A DNA stretch of 60,802 nt, filler included, from Dehalococcoidia bacterium (lineage in GTDB: Bacteria > Chloroflexota > Dehalococcoidia > DSTF01 > RBG-16-68-14): NCBI GenBank assembly GCA_040882355.1. It is 6 parts of 6 records of this genome, joined end to end, with 100 filler letters (N's around TTAATTAATTAA, not from the genome) between each part and the next. Parts side by side here need not be neighbours in the genome. Positions count along the whole stretch, not along the records: positions 31,241 to 60,802 come from JBBEBM010000034.1; 5 more parts are not named here. The stretch is one strand, 5' to 3'. Position numbers and translations under genes: made by a program. The notes under the pieces were generated by a model. It was not told the origin of the DNA. It saw only the letters and a list, made by a program, of their open reading frames with translations, and did not search any database. This document shows positions 50,706 to 58,224 of this stretch, piece after piece (the first letter of the stretch is position 1; the number at the start of each line of letters is the position of its first letter).

Positions 50706-52286
50706 TCACGCCACGACGCGCACCACGCCAGCAGCGCCGTCGACCTCGATGAGGGCGCCGTCTTGCAGGCGGCGCATGGCGTCTGGGACGGCGAGGACGG
50801 CCGGAATGCCGTACTCGCGGGCGACGATGGCCGTGTGGCCGAGCACGCCGCCCACTTCCGTGACGACGGCGCGCGCGATGGCGAAGAGCGGCGTCCACGG
50901 CGGCTGGGTGACGCTGGTGACCAGTATGTCGCCGGGGCGGAGGCGATGCGAGTCGGCGAGCGTGGGCACGATGCGCGCCGGCCCGCGCACGACGCCGCTC
51001 GACGCGCCCAGGCCGCGCAGATCGCCCTTACGTTCGGGCTCGCGAGGCGTCGACGAATGGCCGCTGTCCAGCCCGACGGGCGGAGGCGCACCGATGTACG
51101 AAGGCGGCGTGATGCCGCGCCAGTAGGCCAGCTCCTCCTTGCGACGAGGGGCGGTCTCGGAGAGGGCGGCGCCGTTACCACGAAGGGAGCCGGTGATTTC
51201 GGCGGCGTGGAGGTGGAAGACGTCGTTCGGGTCGGCGAGCGCGCCCTGGGACATGAGGCGGCGCCCAGCGGCGAGCACGAGGCGGCGGGGCATCGTTTGG
51301 AGCCGCTGGTCGATGTAGTAGTTGTGGTCCTCTGACAGGATCGCCACGCCACGCGCAGCACTCTGCGCGTCTTCGAGGCGCTTGCGATCGTCGGGCGAGA
51401 GCTTCGCGAGCGTCTCCGCAAGGGCGGTCTCACGCTCCTCGGCAAGGCGGCGTTGCTCGGCGGGGTGGTCGTAGTCCTTCGCCTCGATGTAGGCGCGCAG
51501 CATGGTGAGCGGGACGGTGGGGCGCTCGGCCCACGTCGGGGCCGAGAAGTCGTCGCGCCAGCCGAACTCGTCGAGGTACGCGCGGAACGCTTCGAGGAAC
51601 GGCGCGGCGGCGGGGTCGGCCTCGAGGTCGGCGAGGCATTGCATGGCGGAGTCGCCGTCGACCGACGCGAGGCGCCCGGCGACGGCGGGCATCGTCTCGG
51701 CGAGACGCGCGAGACGCCAGAGCCCTTCGCCCGCCTCCACGCTCTTGTTGCCGTAGCCCTGGACGAGGCGCAGCGCGCTCAGGTCGTCGCCGCCGGTGAG
51801 CTCCTTGTACGTCTCGATGAGGAAGGTCATGCCGGTGTACCCGGGCATGATGGCGAGCGTATGCAGCTCGCCGGAGCGATGACGCACCTCGCGCAGGCGC
51901 TCGACCTCGCTGGCGAGCGCCTCGCTCGACAGCGCGTCGAAGTCGGTCGTGCGATAGTGATCGACGTAGCCAACGACCTCCGGCACGATCTCCTCGTGCC
52001 AGCGACGGGCGGCCTCGCGCAGCGACTCGACGCTGGCCGGCGGCGGGCCGGAGGAGCCGCCGGAGCCGGACGGCGCTCCCATCGGGAAGAACATGTAGTA
52101 GTTGGCGTACTTCGGCCGCGCGTTCCAGAAGCCGAACCCCTCCAGGAACGGGCAGAGGTTGACGTCGAAGTGGAGCGGCGGCACGGCGAACGGCAGGTGC
52201 TCGCGGTCGTGGCGCCAGCACGTCTCGGCGTCGGCCGGGTCGTCCCAGGTGACCGGGAAGTCGGGCGCTTCGTTCGCAACGGCCAT
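50706..52286 (-). CDS. PEP-utilising-enzyme swivel-domain protein (rifampin phosphotransferase / phenylphosphate synthase alpha-like, no ATP-grasp domain)
   Basis: C-terminal GGVLGHTAIVAREYGIPAV phospho-His domain; helical substrate-binding region with YLDEFGWR. Confidence 0.85.
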   Translation of the reverse strand: MAVANEAPDFPVTWDDPADAETCWRHDREHLPFAVPPLHFDVNLCPFLEGFGFWNARPKYANYYMFFPMGAPSGSGGSSGPPPASVESLREAARRWHEEIVPEVVGYVDHYRTTDFDALSSEALASEVERLREVRHRSGELHTLAIMPGYTGMTFLIETYKELTGGDDLSALRLVQGYGNKSVEAGEGLWRLARLAETMPAVAGRLASVDGDSAMQCLADLEADPAAAPFLEAFRAYLDEFGWRDDFSAPTWAERPTVPLTMLRAYIEAKDYDHPAEQRRLAEERETALAETLAKLSPDDRKRLEDAQSAARGVAILSEDHNYYIDQRLQTMPRRLVLAAGRRLMSQGALADPNDVFHLHAAEITGSLRGNGAALSETAPRRKEELAYWRGITPPSYIGAPPPVGLDSGHSSTPREPERKGDLRGLGASSGVVRGPARIVPTLADSHRLRPGDILVTSVTQPPWTPLFAIARAVVTEVGGVLGHTAIVAREYGIPAVLAVPDAMRRLQDGALIEVDGAAGVVRVVA

Positions 52287-52290
52287 CGCG

Positions 52291-53352
52291 CTACTCTCCC
52301 GCGTAGCCGGCGATCAGGTCGCCGACCTCTGAGGTCGACATGCCCATGCGGCCGGCGGCGAGCGACTCGATCTTGCCGGACGAGAGTGCGCGCTCGACGG
52401 CGCCCTCGATGCGGCGCGACGTGTCGTGTTCGCCGAGGCTCTCCATGAGCATCTGGACGGCGCTGATGGCAGCGACCGGGCAGATGACGTTCTGGCCGGT
52501 GTACTTGGGGGCGCTGCCGCCCATCGGCTCGAACATAGAGACGCCCTCCGGGTTGATGTTGCCACCCGCGGCGACACCCAGGCCGCCCTGAATCATGGCG
52601 CCCATGTCTGTGATGATGTCGCCGAACATGTTCTCGGTGACGATGACGTCGAACCACTCCGGGTTCTTGATCATCCACATCGACGTCGCGTCGACGTGCG
52701 CGTAGTCGCGCTCGATGTCGGGGTAGTCGGCCTCGCCCACCTCGTTGAACGTCCGCCACCAGGTGTCGTGGACGAACGTGAGGACATTGGTCTTGGCGCA
52801 GAGGGTGAGCTTCTTCGCGCGGTTGCGCGCGCGTGTGACGTCGAAGGCGTAGCGGATGCAGCGCTCGACGCCGAAGCGGGTGGTGATGTGGATCTGTGTC
52901 GAGACCTCGTGCGGCGTGCCCTTGTACTGGAAGCCGCCCATGCCGCTGTACAGGCCCTCGGTGTTCTCCCGCACGACGATGAAGTCGATGTCCTCCGGGC
53001 CCTTGTCCTTGAGGGGCGTGTCGACGCCCTTGTAGAGCTTGACGGGGCGGAGGTTGATGTACTGGTCGAGCTCGAAGCGGATGCGCAGCAGCAGGCCCTT
53101 CTCCAGGATGCCGGGCGCGACCTCGGGGTGGCCGACGGCGCCCAGGTAGATGGCGTCGAAGCCGCGCAGCTCGTCGAGGACGGAGTCGGGGAGGACCTCG
53201 CCGGTGCGCAGGTAGCGCTCGCCGCCCAGGTCGAAGTTGTGCAGCTCGTAGCGGACCTCGGTGCGGGCGGCGGCGGCCTCGAGCACCTTGAGGCCCTCGC
53301 GCACGACCTCAGGGCCGGTGCCGTCGCCTCCAATGACAGCGATGCGGTACAT
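52291..53352 (-). CDS. leuB: 3-isopropylmalate dehydrogenase
   Basis: [46 protein letters not shown]. Confidence 0.85.
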   Translation of the reverse strand: MYRIAVIGGDGTGPEVVREGLKVLEAAAARTEVRYELHNFDLGGERYLRTGEVLPDSVLDELRGFDAIYLGAVGHPEVAPGILEKGLLLRIRFELDQYINLRPVKLYKGVDTPLKDKGPEDIDFIVVRENTEGLYSGMGGFQYKGTPHEVSTQIHITTRFGVERCIRYAFDVTRARNRAKKLTLCAKTNVLTFVHDTWWRTFNEVGEADYPDIERDYAHVDATSMWMIKNPEWFDVIVTENMFGDIITDMGAMIQGGLGVAAGGNINPEGVSMFEPMGGSAPKYTGQNVICPVAAISAVQMLMESLGEHDTSRRIEGAVERALSSGKIESLAAGRMGMSTSEVGDLIAGYAGE

Positions 53353-53730
53353 GGGATGTTCCTTTCTGGCGAGACGGGGCGTGTAGGGGGCGGGTCTCAG
53401 ACCCGCCCGGTCGGGCATGTGTGGTTCAGGCGCACAGTATAGCGAACGCGTCAGGTAGGGGGGGGGGGNNNNNNNNNNCTCGCGAGCCGCCCCTACGCTC
53501 CGACAGGCCGAAGGCTGTCCCACCGAATGGAACGTCCGCCTCCGATGGAGGCAGGTCGCGGGAGGCCTGAAGGGGCGATTATACCTTTGACACACCTTAG
53601 GCGGAAGCGCCCAATCTCGGCAAGATTCCTCCCGAAATAGTCGCCCCAACCCCTTGTGCTCTCGGAGATCGTGTGGTATCTTAGATCCGTAATGATCTTG
53701 GAGACGCGAGGGAGAAGGGAGGTGAACAGT

Positions 53731-53889
53731 TTGCCCAAAGCGCCAGCGAATGGGGAGCGCGAAATGGTGCACGTCCGGCTGGACGCCAAGCTCGTGCGCG
53801 CCATCGATCACCTGGCCGTTGATTGGCGACTGTACCGCAATGAGGCGATGGAACGACTGCTAAAGGAAGCAATCACCAAGTACGAGTGA
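53731..53889 (+). CDS. Ribbon-helix-helix (CopG/Arc-like) regulator, 52 aa
   Basis: MVHVRLDAKLVRAIDHLA...RNEAMERLLKEAI; GGGAGGTG RBS before TTG; promoter TTGTGC-17-TATCTT upstream. Confidence 0.75.
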   Translation: MPKAPANGEREMVHVRLDAKLVRAIDHLAVDWRLYRNEAMERLLKEAITKYE

Positions 53890-53892
53890 ACG

Positions 53893-53927
53893 CGAAACGG
53901 AGCGGGCATACACCCCGCTCCGTTTCG
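53893..53927 (+). terminator. 14-bp perfect hairpin between the RHH gene and the tRNA-like gene
   Basis: CGAAACGGAGCGGG-CATACAC-CCCGCTCCGTTTCG; no clear U-tract, so it may be a processing or attenuation stem. Confidence 0.45.
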
Positions 53928-53936
53928 GCAACCCGG

Positions 53937-54012
53937 GGGCAGGTGGCGAAGTGGAAACGCAGTGGATTCGCAGCCCACTATCGCAGGGGTTCGATTCCCC
54001 TTCTGCCCTCCA
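53937..54012 (+). tRNA. tRNA-like gene (Cys-like body, loop UUCGCAG, nominal anticodon CGC)
   Basis: Acceptor GGGCAGG/TCTGCCC, U73, encoded CCA, D arm GCG/CGC with GG, perfect T arm AGGGG-TTCGATT-CCCCT; A-C mismatch at the base of the anticodon loop. Confidence 0.8.
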
Positions 54013-54033
54013 GACTAGCTAGGACAGTATACC

Positions 54034-55026
54034 ATGACCGAGCCTAAGACGTTCCTGGAGATACTACAGTGGTCGCCAGCCCAGGCCCGCAAGTACCTAG
54101 AATCAGTGCGCTGGCCGGACGGCCCCGTATGCCCTAACGGGTGCGCCGCTGAGGTCTACCGCTTCGAGGCCAGGACGCGCCGCAAGACGGCGAACGGCGA
54201 GACGAAGGTACAGCCGACTCGCCATCTGCTCAAGTGTTCATCCTGCAAGCGCCAATTCAGCGCGACGGTCGGGATGATCTTCGAGGACTCGAAGGTGCCG
54301 CTCAACAAGTGGCTGGCCGCGATATACCTCATGTGCGCCAGCAAGAAGGGCATGAGCGCCCACCAGCTACACCGTATGCTAGGCGTCACTTACAAGACCG
54401 CGTGGTTCATGTGCCACCGTGTCCGCCACGCCATGAGCGACAAGAACGGCGCTCCCCTCAGCGGGATCATCGAGGCCGATGAAACCTACGTCGGCGGTCG
54501 CCCGCGTGGACACCCGAAGCACCGCTCTGGTCGCTCGCAGCGCGAGATACAGCGCCAGTCCTACAACGCCAAGACGCCGGTGTTCGGCATACTCGAACGG
54601 GGTGGCCGGGTCCGCGCGGTTGCAATGCCAGGGGTCAGCAAGACGAAGATTGAGCAGGCGTTCGCGGATAACGTCGATTTCGATTCGTCCGTCCTGGTCA
54701 CAGACGAAAGCCCGCTCTACGGCGACATAAAGACGCTGCTGCCTCATCGCACCGTGAAGCACTCTGAGGAGTACGTGACCGGCGATGGCATCCACACTCA
54801 AGGGATCGAGAATTTCTGGAGCCTGCTCAAGCGAGGGCTACACGGGACATTCCACCACGTCCGGCCCGCCTACCTCGGGATGTACGCGGACGAATTCGCG
54901 TTCCGCTACAACGCTAGGGAGATGAACGACGGCGAGCGCTTCGCTTCGGCTTTGGAGCAGGCTCAGGGTCGCCTGACTTGGTACGTGGGGCGGGCTTCTC
55001 AGGGGCCGTCTCAGCCAGCTTCTTGA
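54034..55026 (+). CDS. IS1595-family (ISXO2-like) DDE transposase
   Basis: Zn ribbon CPNGC...CSSC, HTH, EADETYVGG, LVTDE, HTQGIENFWSLLKR, YADEFAFRYN. Confidence 0.95.
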   Translation: MTEPKTFLEILQWSPAQARKYLESVRWPDGPVCPNGCAAEVYRFEARTRRKTANGETKVQPTRHLLKCSSCKRQFSATVGMIFEDSKVPLNKWLAAIYLMCASKKGMSAHQLHRMLGVTYKTAWFMCHRVRHAMSDKNGAPLSGIIEADETYVGGRPRGHPKHRSGRSQREIQRQSYNAKTPVFGILERGGRVRAVAMPGVSKTKIEQAFADNVDFDSSVLVTDESPLYGDIKTLLPHRTVKHSEEYVTGDGIHTQGIENFWSLLKRGLHGTFHHVRPAYLGMYADEFAFRYNAREMNDGERFASALEQAQGRLTWYVGRASQGPSQPAS

Positions 55027-55087
55027 TGGCTTCGCGGAACGTCAACGGAGCAAGGCTGACGCTCGTATCCTCGCGCTTCTTGGGCAT
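54914..55087 (-). CDS. Small basic protein antisense to the transposase 3' end (57 aa)
   Basis: MPKKREDTSVSLAPLTFREAIKKLAET; AAGGGG RBS-like sequence; overlaps the transposase by 113 nt. Confidence 0.45.
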   Translation of the reverse strand: MPKKREDTSVSLAPLTFREAIKKLAETAPEKPAPRTKSGDPEPAPKPKRSARRRSSP

Positions 55088-55172
55088 ATGTTTGAAACCC
55101 CTTGTTCGCGCACTCGCGTTGGCGCTTAGGCAGACGCTTGACTCTAGAAGCCAGATCGCCGATAATCTGGGA

Positions 55173-55491
55173 TTGAAACATAGAAACCCCGCGTGGGGTA
55201 GGGACACCCGTCAGCGAGGCTTCCGTTGATGTCAGCAATCACACGGTAGCACGGTAAGCGCGGTTGTGTCAATGACCCCTACCCCACGCGGGCAGGGGTT
55301 CTTTTTCGCCATTCTCCGGCGCGAGCCGGTTGACTGGGCACTTGCTCCAACAGGCGGGGTGGGTGCGTAGAAGGAGCTGGTGGCCCCGATGGGCCGTTCA
55401 ACTCAGGGGGCCACCAGCATTCAGAAAGGAGAGTGGGTCTGCCGTGAGTGTCGTTCACGGGATAGAACCCTGACCCCCTTCGGGGGGTCAG
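55173..55491. ncRNA. Structured non-coding region within the IS
   Basis: 16-bp perfect IR (55188-55203/55277-55292), 12-bp stem (55376-55418), 6-bp stem, 9-bp cUUCGg hairpin (55470-55491), and opposed promoter motifs. Confidence 0.45.
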
Positions 55492-55537
55492 TTTAGCACA
55501 CGCGATCAAGAGCGCAAGCAGCAGAGGAGCACCGCTT

Positions 55538-55822
55538 TTGCCGTTCCTACAAACTGACAAGACCTACCAATTCCGTGGCACCCAGTGGCACGCCGTCCCT
55601 GGCGTGTACGGGATCATGAACGCCAGCAAGCAGATGATCTACATCGGCGAGACGGAAGATTTCCAGCGCCGGATGCAGGAACACCAACAGGACTCGGCGC
55701 ACTGTATGCACCGATACAGCCCGGCCCTCGTGTGGGCAGAGGTCATTCAGGGCGGAGCCGAGCCACGTCGCCAGCGCGAGCGCCAGCTAATCGCTGAATA
55801 CGCTCCGCCGTGCAATGGTTGA
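55538..55822 (+). CDS. Minimal stand-alone GIY-YIG nuclease (94 aa)
   Basis: PGVYGI...MIYIGET...RRMQEH...RERQLI...PPCN; GAGGAG RBS. Confidence 0.85.
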   Translation: MPFLQTDKTYQFRGTQWHAVPGVYGIMNASKQMIYIGETEDFQRRMQEHQQDSAHCMHRYSPALVWAEVIQGGAEPRRQRERQLIAEYAPPCNG

Positions 55823-56039
55823 TCCTGGTCGGGTCATCTAACGACATCGCCCCGATCCCATCGAATCTGCCTGACTCGCGGATGAAAAACAACTCCAGGG
55901 AGTCAACAGAGACGATGGTGTATCGGGGCGATGTGCGCACCTTGACCCGTTGACCTGTCACTTGATCGGTATACTCGATAGGCCGCACGAATCCAGGTGC
56001 GCCCGCCAACTGCAATAACCTTCCTACCATCCACTTCAT
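55743..56039 (-). CDS. Hypothetical protein
   Basis: Open frame convergent with and overlapping the GIY-YIG gene; downstream of an IRR-derived TTGACA-18-TATGCT promoter. Confidence 0.55.
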   Translation of the reverse strand: MKWMVGRLLQLAGAPGFVRPIEYTDQVTGQRVKVRTSPRYTIVSVDSLELFFIRESGRFDGIGAMSLDDPTRINHCTAERIQRLAGARAGDVARLRPE

Positions 56040-56166
56040 CGACGGTAGTGTCGGCCTCCTGCTAAGGTTCAGCATAGGGAAATCCTCCAGGGTGTGTCAA
56101 AGGTATAATCGCCCCTGAAGGCCTCCCCTACACGCTAATCCGACAGGCTGAAGCCTGTCCCACAGA

Positions 56167-56253
56167 TCAGGGAACGACCGCGCTGGCGCTGCCGACGATG
56201 ATCTTCGTGCCGTCGACCTTCTCGACCCTGACCTCGCAAGCTCCGCGGCGGCG
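56167..56253 (-). pseudogene. Diverged duplicate of the 3' end of the MaoC-like gene
   Basis: RRRGACEVRVEKVDGTKIIVGSASAVVP* versus RRRAQCEVWVEKPDGTKIIVGTASAVVP*. Confidence 0.9.
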
Positions 56254-56283
56254 TGGTCGATACTACACCTGGAGCGAGATGAC

Positions 56284-56706
56284 GTGACGCTTAGACATCA
56301 ACCCGCATGGATTGAACTGATCTTCCTCGGGGGCAGTGTAGCGGGGTTGATCGGTGCACTGACGGTCCAGGTGTGGCTAGGTGCGGCCGCTAGCGGCCTC
56401 TTGGCTGGATGGTTTCTGCCTCGAGTTTGGGACGGGATTTCCGGCTTGAAACGAGGGTTGCCCTGGGAAGGCCGGGAGTTCGAGTTGACGTTCTTGCCAT
56501 CGCGCGCGCAGCAGTTTGCGATCTGCATGCCGTTCATGCTGGGCTACACGCTTTGGCGCATCGTGGACAGCGGCTGGCTCGGCGCTGCGATCAATGCCCC
56601 GTTCCTTGTGGGCTACGTGATCTGGTTCGTGCATGTGCTTCGCACGGAAGGCTGGTCCGGAAGCGGGCGCGGCGCTCACGGCGAGGAGGCGTCGCGGGAG
56701 GCCTGA
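56284..56706 (+). CDS. Hypothetical membrane protein (about 4 TM)
   Basis: Hydrophobic ORF with lower GC; its stop codon lies within a REP. Confidence 0.65.
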   Translation: MTLRHQPAWIELIFLGGSVAGLIGALTVQVWLGAAASGLLAGWFLPRVWDGISGLKRGLPWEGREFELTFLPSRAQQFAICMPFMLGYTLWRIVDSGWLGAAINAPFLVGYVIWFVHVLRTEGWSGSGRGAHGEEASREA

Positions 56707-56720
56707 AGGCCTCCCCTACA
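56691..56720. repeat. REP copy identical to the reconstructed IS target
   Basis: GTCGCGGGAGGCCTGAAGGCCTCCCCTACA. Confidence 0.9.
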
Positions 56721-56730
56721 ACCGCCGCGG

Positions 56731-57606
56731 TTAGGGGACGACCGCGCTCGCGGTGCCGACGATGATCTTCGTGCCGTCCGGCTTCTCCACCCAGACCTCG
56801 CACTGAGCGCGGCGGCGGGCGCCCTCAGTCGTGTACTCGCGGACGACGCCGCGACAGACGGCGGCGCCGTCGCCGCCCCAGAGGACGTTCACCAGGCGCA
56901 CGTCCATCCGTCCGCCCGCGAACCAGCCTTCGCCGAAGCGACGCGTCATCAGCTCGGAGAGGAAGCAGATCGGCATCATGCCCTGGACGACGATGTCCGG
57001 AAAGCCGAGCTTCTTCGCCTGCTCCGCGTCGTTGTGGTAGCTGACGCCGGGCGAGAACGTCTTGCACATGTCAATCGTCACCGTCTTTTCGAGCGGCTCG
57101 ATCACGTCGACGAAGTCGCCCTCGCCTACGTCGAAGCGACGGTCGGCCGACTTCTCGCGCTGCTTGTCGACGGCGAGCTGGTCCTGCTGCACCTCGAGGA
57201 GGAAGCTCTGGTGGGTGCGGCCGCGGCAGAGCAGGCGACCCTCAGGGCCAAAGACCTGCGCCTCGTTGACGACGTAATCGCGGTTGCGCTTGATGTAACG
57301 TTGGACGATCGTGGCCCGCGTCGTGACGGCGTCGCCGAGCATGATCGGCGCGAGGAGGTCCCACTCCTGTCGGGCGTGCAGGTTGCCGTAGACGTTCGGC
57401 AGGTACCAGCGCCCGAAGCGATAGATCTCGGAGTGGAGGATGAGGGCGGGAGCGACCGGTCCGCCGAACGGCGAGGCGCCGGTGTACCAGTCGTGGTGGT
57501 CGTCGACGCCAGCGGCGTACTCGGCGACGAGCTCAGGCGTGATGTCGTACTCGTGGGCGCCCAGGTCGAGCCCGACCGGTATCTCACCCTTCGCAATGCT
57601 CACCAT
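56731..57606 (-). CDS. Double hot-dog MaoC-like dehydratase
   Basis: SPFGGPVAPA...NLHARQEW; YHNDAEQAKKLGFPDIVVQGMM. Confidence 0.85.
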   Translation of the reverse strand: MVSIAKGEIPVGLDLGAHEYDITPELVAEYAAGVDDHHDWYTGASPFGGPVAPALILHSEIYRFGRWYLPNVYGNLHARQEWDLLAPIMLGDAVTTRATIVQRYIKRNRDYVVNEAQVFGPEGRLLCRGRTHQSFLLEVQQDQLAVDKQREKSADRRFDVGEGDFVDVIEPLEKTVTIDMCKTFSPGVSYHNDAEQAKKLGFPDIVVQGMMPICFLSELMTRRFGEGWFAGGRMDVRLVNVLWGGDGAAVCRGVVREYTTEGARRRAQCEVWVEKPDGTKIIVGTASAVVP

Positions 57607-57751
57607 GGCGCGGCCCTCCTCTCGTGGTGGGTGGATCGTAGCACACGCCTGTCAACGGATGCGAAACGGATTAGCGGATGCGATTCGACGCGCCCCAGCC
57701 GCCGACTTCGTCGGCGAGGGGGGNNNNNNNNNNGCGCACAACCGTGCGCCC

Positions 57752-58210
57752 CTACAATTGCGCCTCGCTACCAGGGCGGCGGATGGCGTCGAGGATGCGC
57801 TGGGACATCTCCTCGATCTGGTGGTCTTGGTCGTCGAGGTGCTTGAGGATCGGGCGGATGTGCTGGACGTCGATGCGCTGGAGCAGCTTCTCGACCAGCC
57901 GCTCTTCTTCGTCGAGCTTGGCCTCCTCGTCCAGGATGCCGGAGAGCATGCGGTCCTGGCTCTCGGTGATCCGGTTCGACGCGTTGCCGAGCAGGAAGAC
58001 CATGAGGAAGGTGACGATGGTGGTACCGGTGTTAATGATCAGTTGCCACGTGTTGCTGAAGTGGGCCGACGGCCCCAGCAGCGCCCACACGACGATGACC
58101 GAGAGGGCGCCGGCAAAGGCTACCGGTGTGCCGACGGCGTGAGACATGAAGTCGGCCACGCGTTCGAAGGGGCCGGACGTCTGATCTTCCAATGTGGGCG
58201 CGGTTTGCAT
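57752..58210 (-). CDS. Low-affinity iron permease (Fet4-like) family protein
   Basis: FSNTWQLIINTGTTIVTFLMVFL. Confidence 0.85.
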   Translation of the reverse strand: MQTAPTLEDQTSGPFERVADFMSHAVGTPVAFAGALSVIVVWALLGPSAHFSNTWQLIINTGTTIVTFLMVFLLGNASNRITESQDRMLSGILDEEAKLDEEERLVEKLLQRIDVQHIRPILKHLDDQDHQIEEMSQRILDAIRRPGSEAQL

Positions 58211-58224
58211 GATGATCTCTCTTT

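Larger units (their letters stand above)
53574..56113 (+). mobile_element. IS1595-family element (ISNwi1-like ends) with passenger genes, 2540 bp
   Basis: Perfect 23-bp TIR GGCGATTATACCTTTGACACACC (53574-53596 / 56091-56113); 8-bp TSD CCTGAAGG (53566-53573, 56114-56121); intact transposase. Confidence 0.95.

Noticed and set aside
53456..53478. Poly-G runs next to short N gaps (also 57717-57733)
   Set aside because: Probably sequencing or scaffolding artefacts at REP hairpins, not phase-variable tracts.
52291..53811. 506-aa extended LeuB from the ORF track
   Set aside because: The extension runs through REPs, an N-gap and the IS end; homology starts at ATG 53352.
53937..54012. tRNA as the integration site of a genomic island
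   Set aside because: It lies inside the TIR-bounded element, with no duplicated tRNA 3' end and no integrase.
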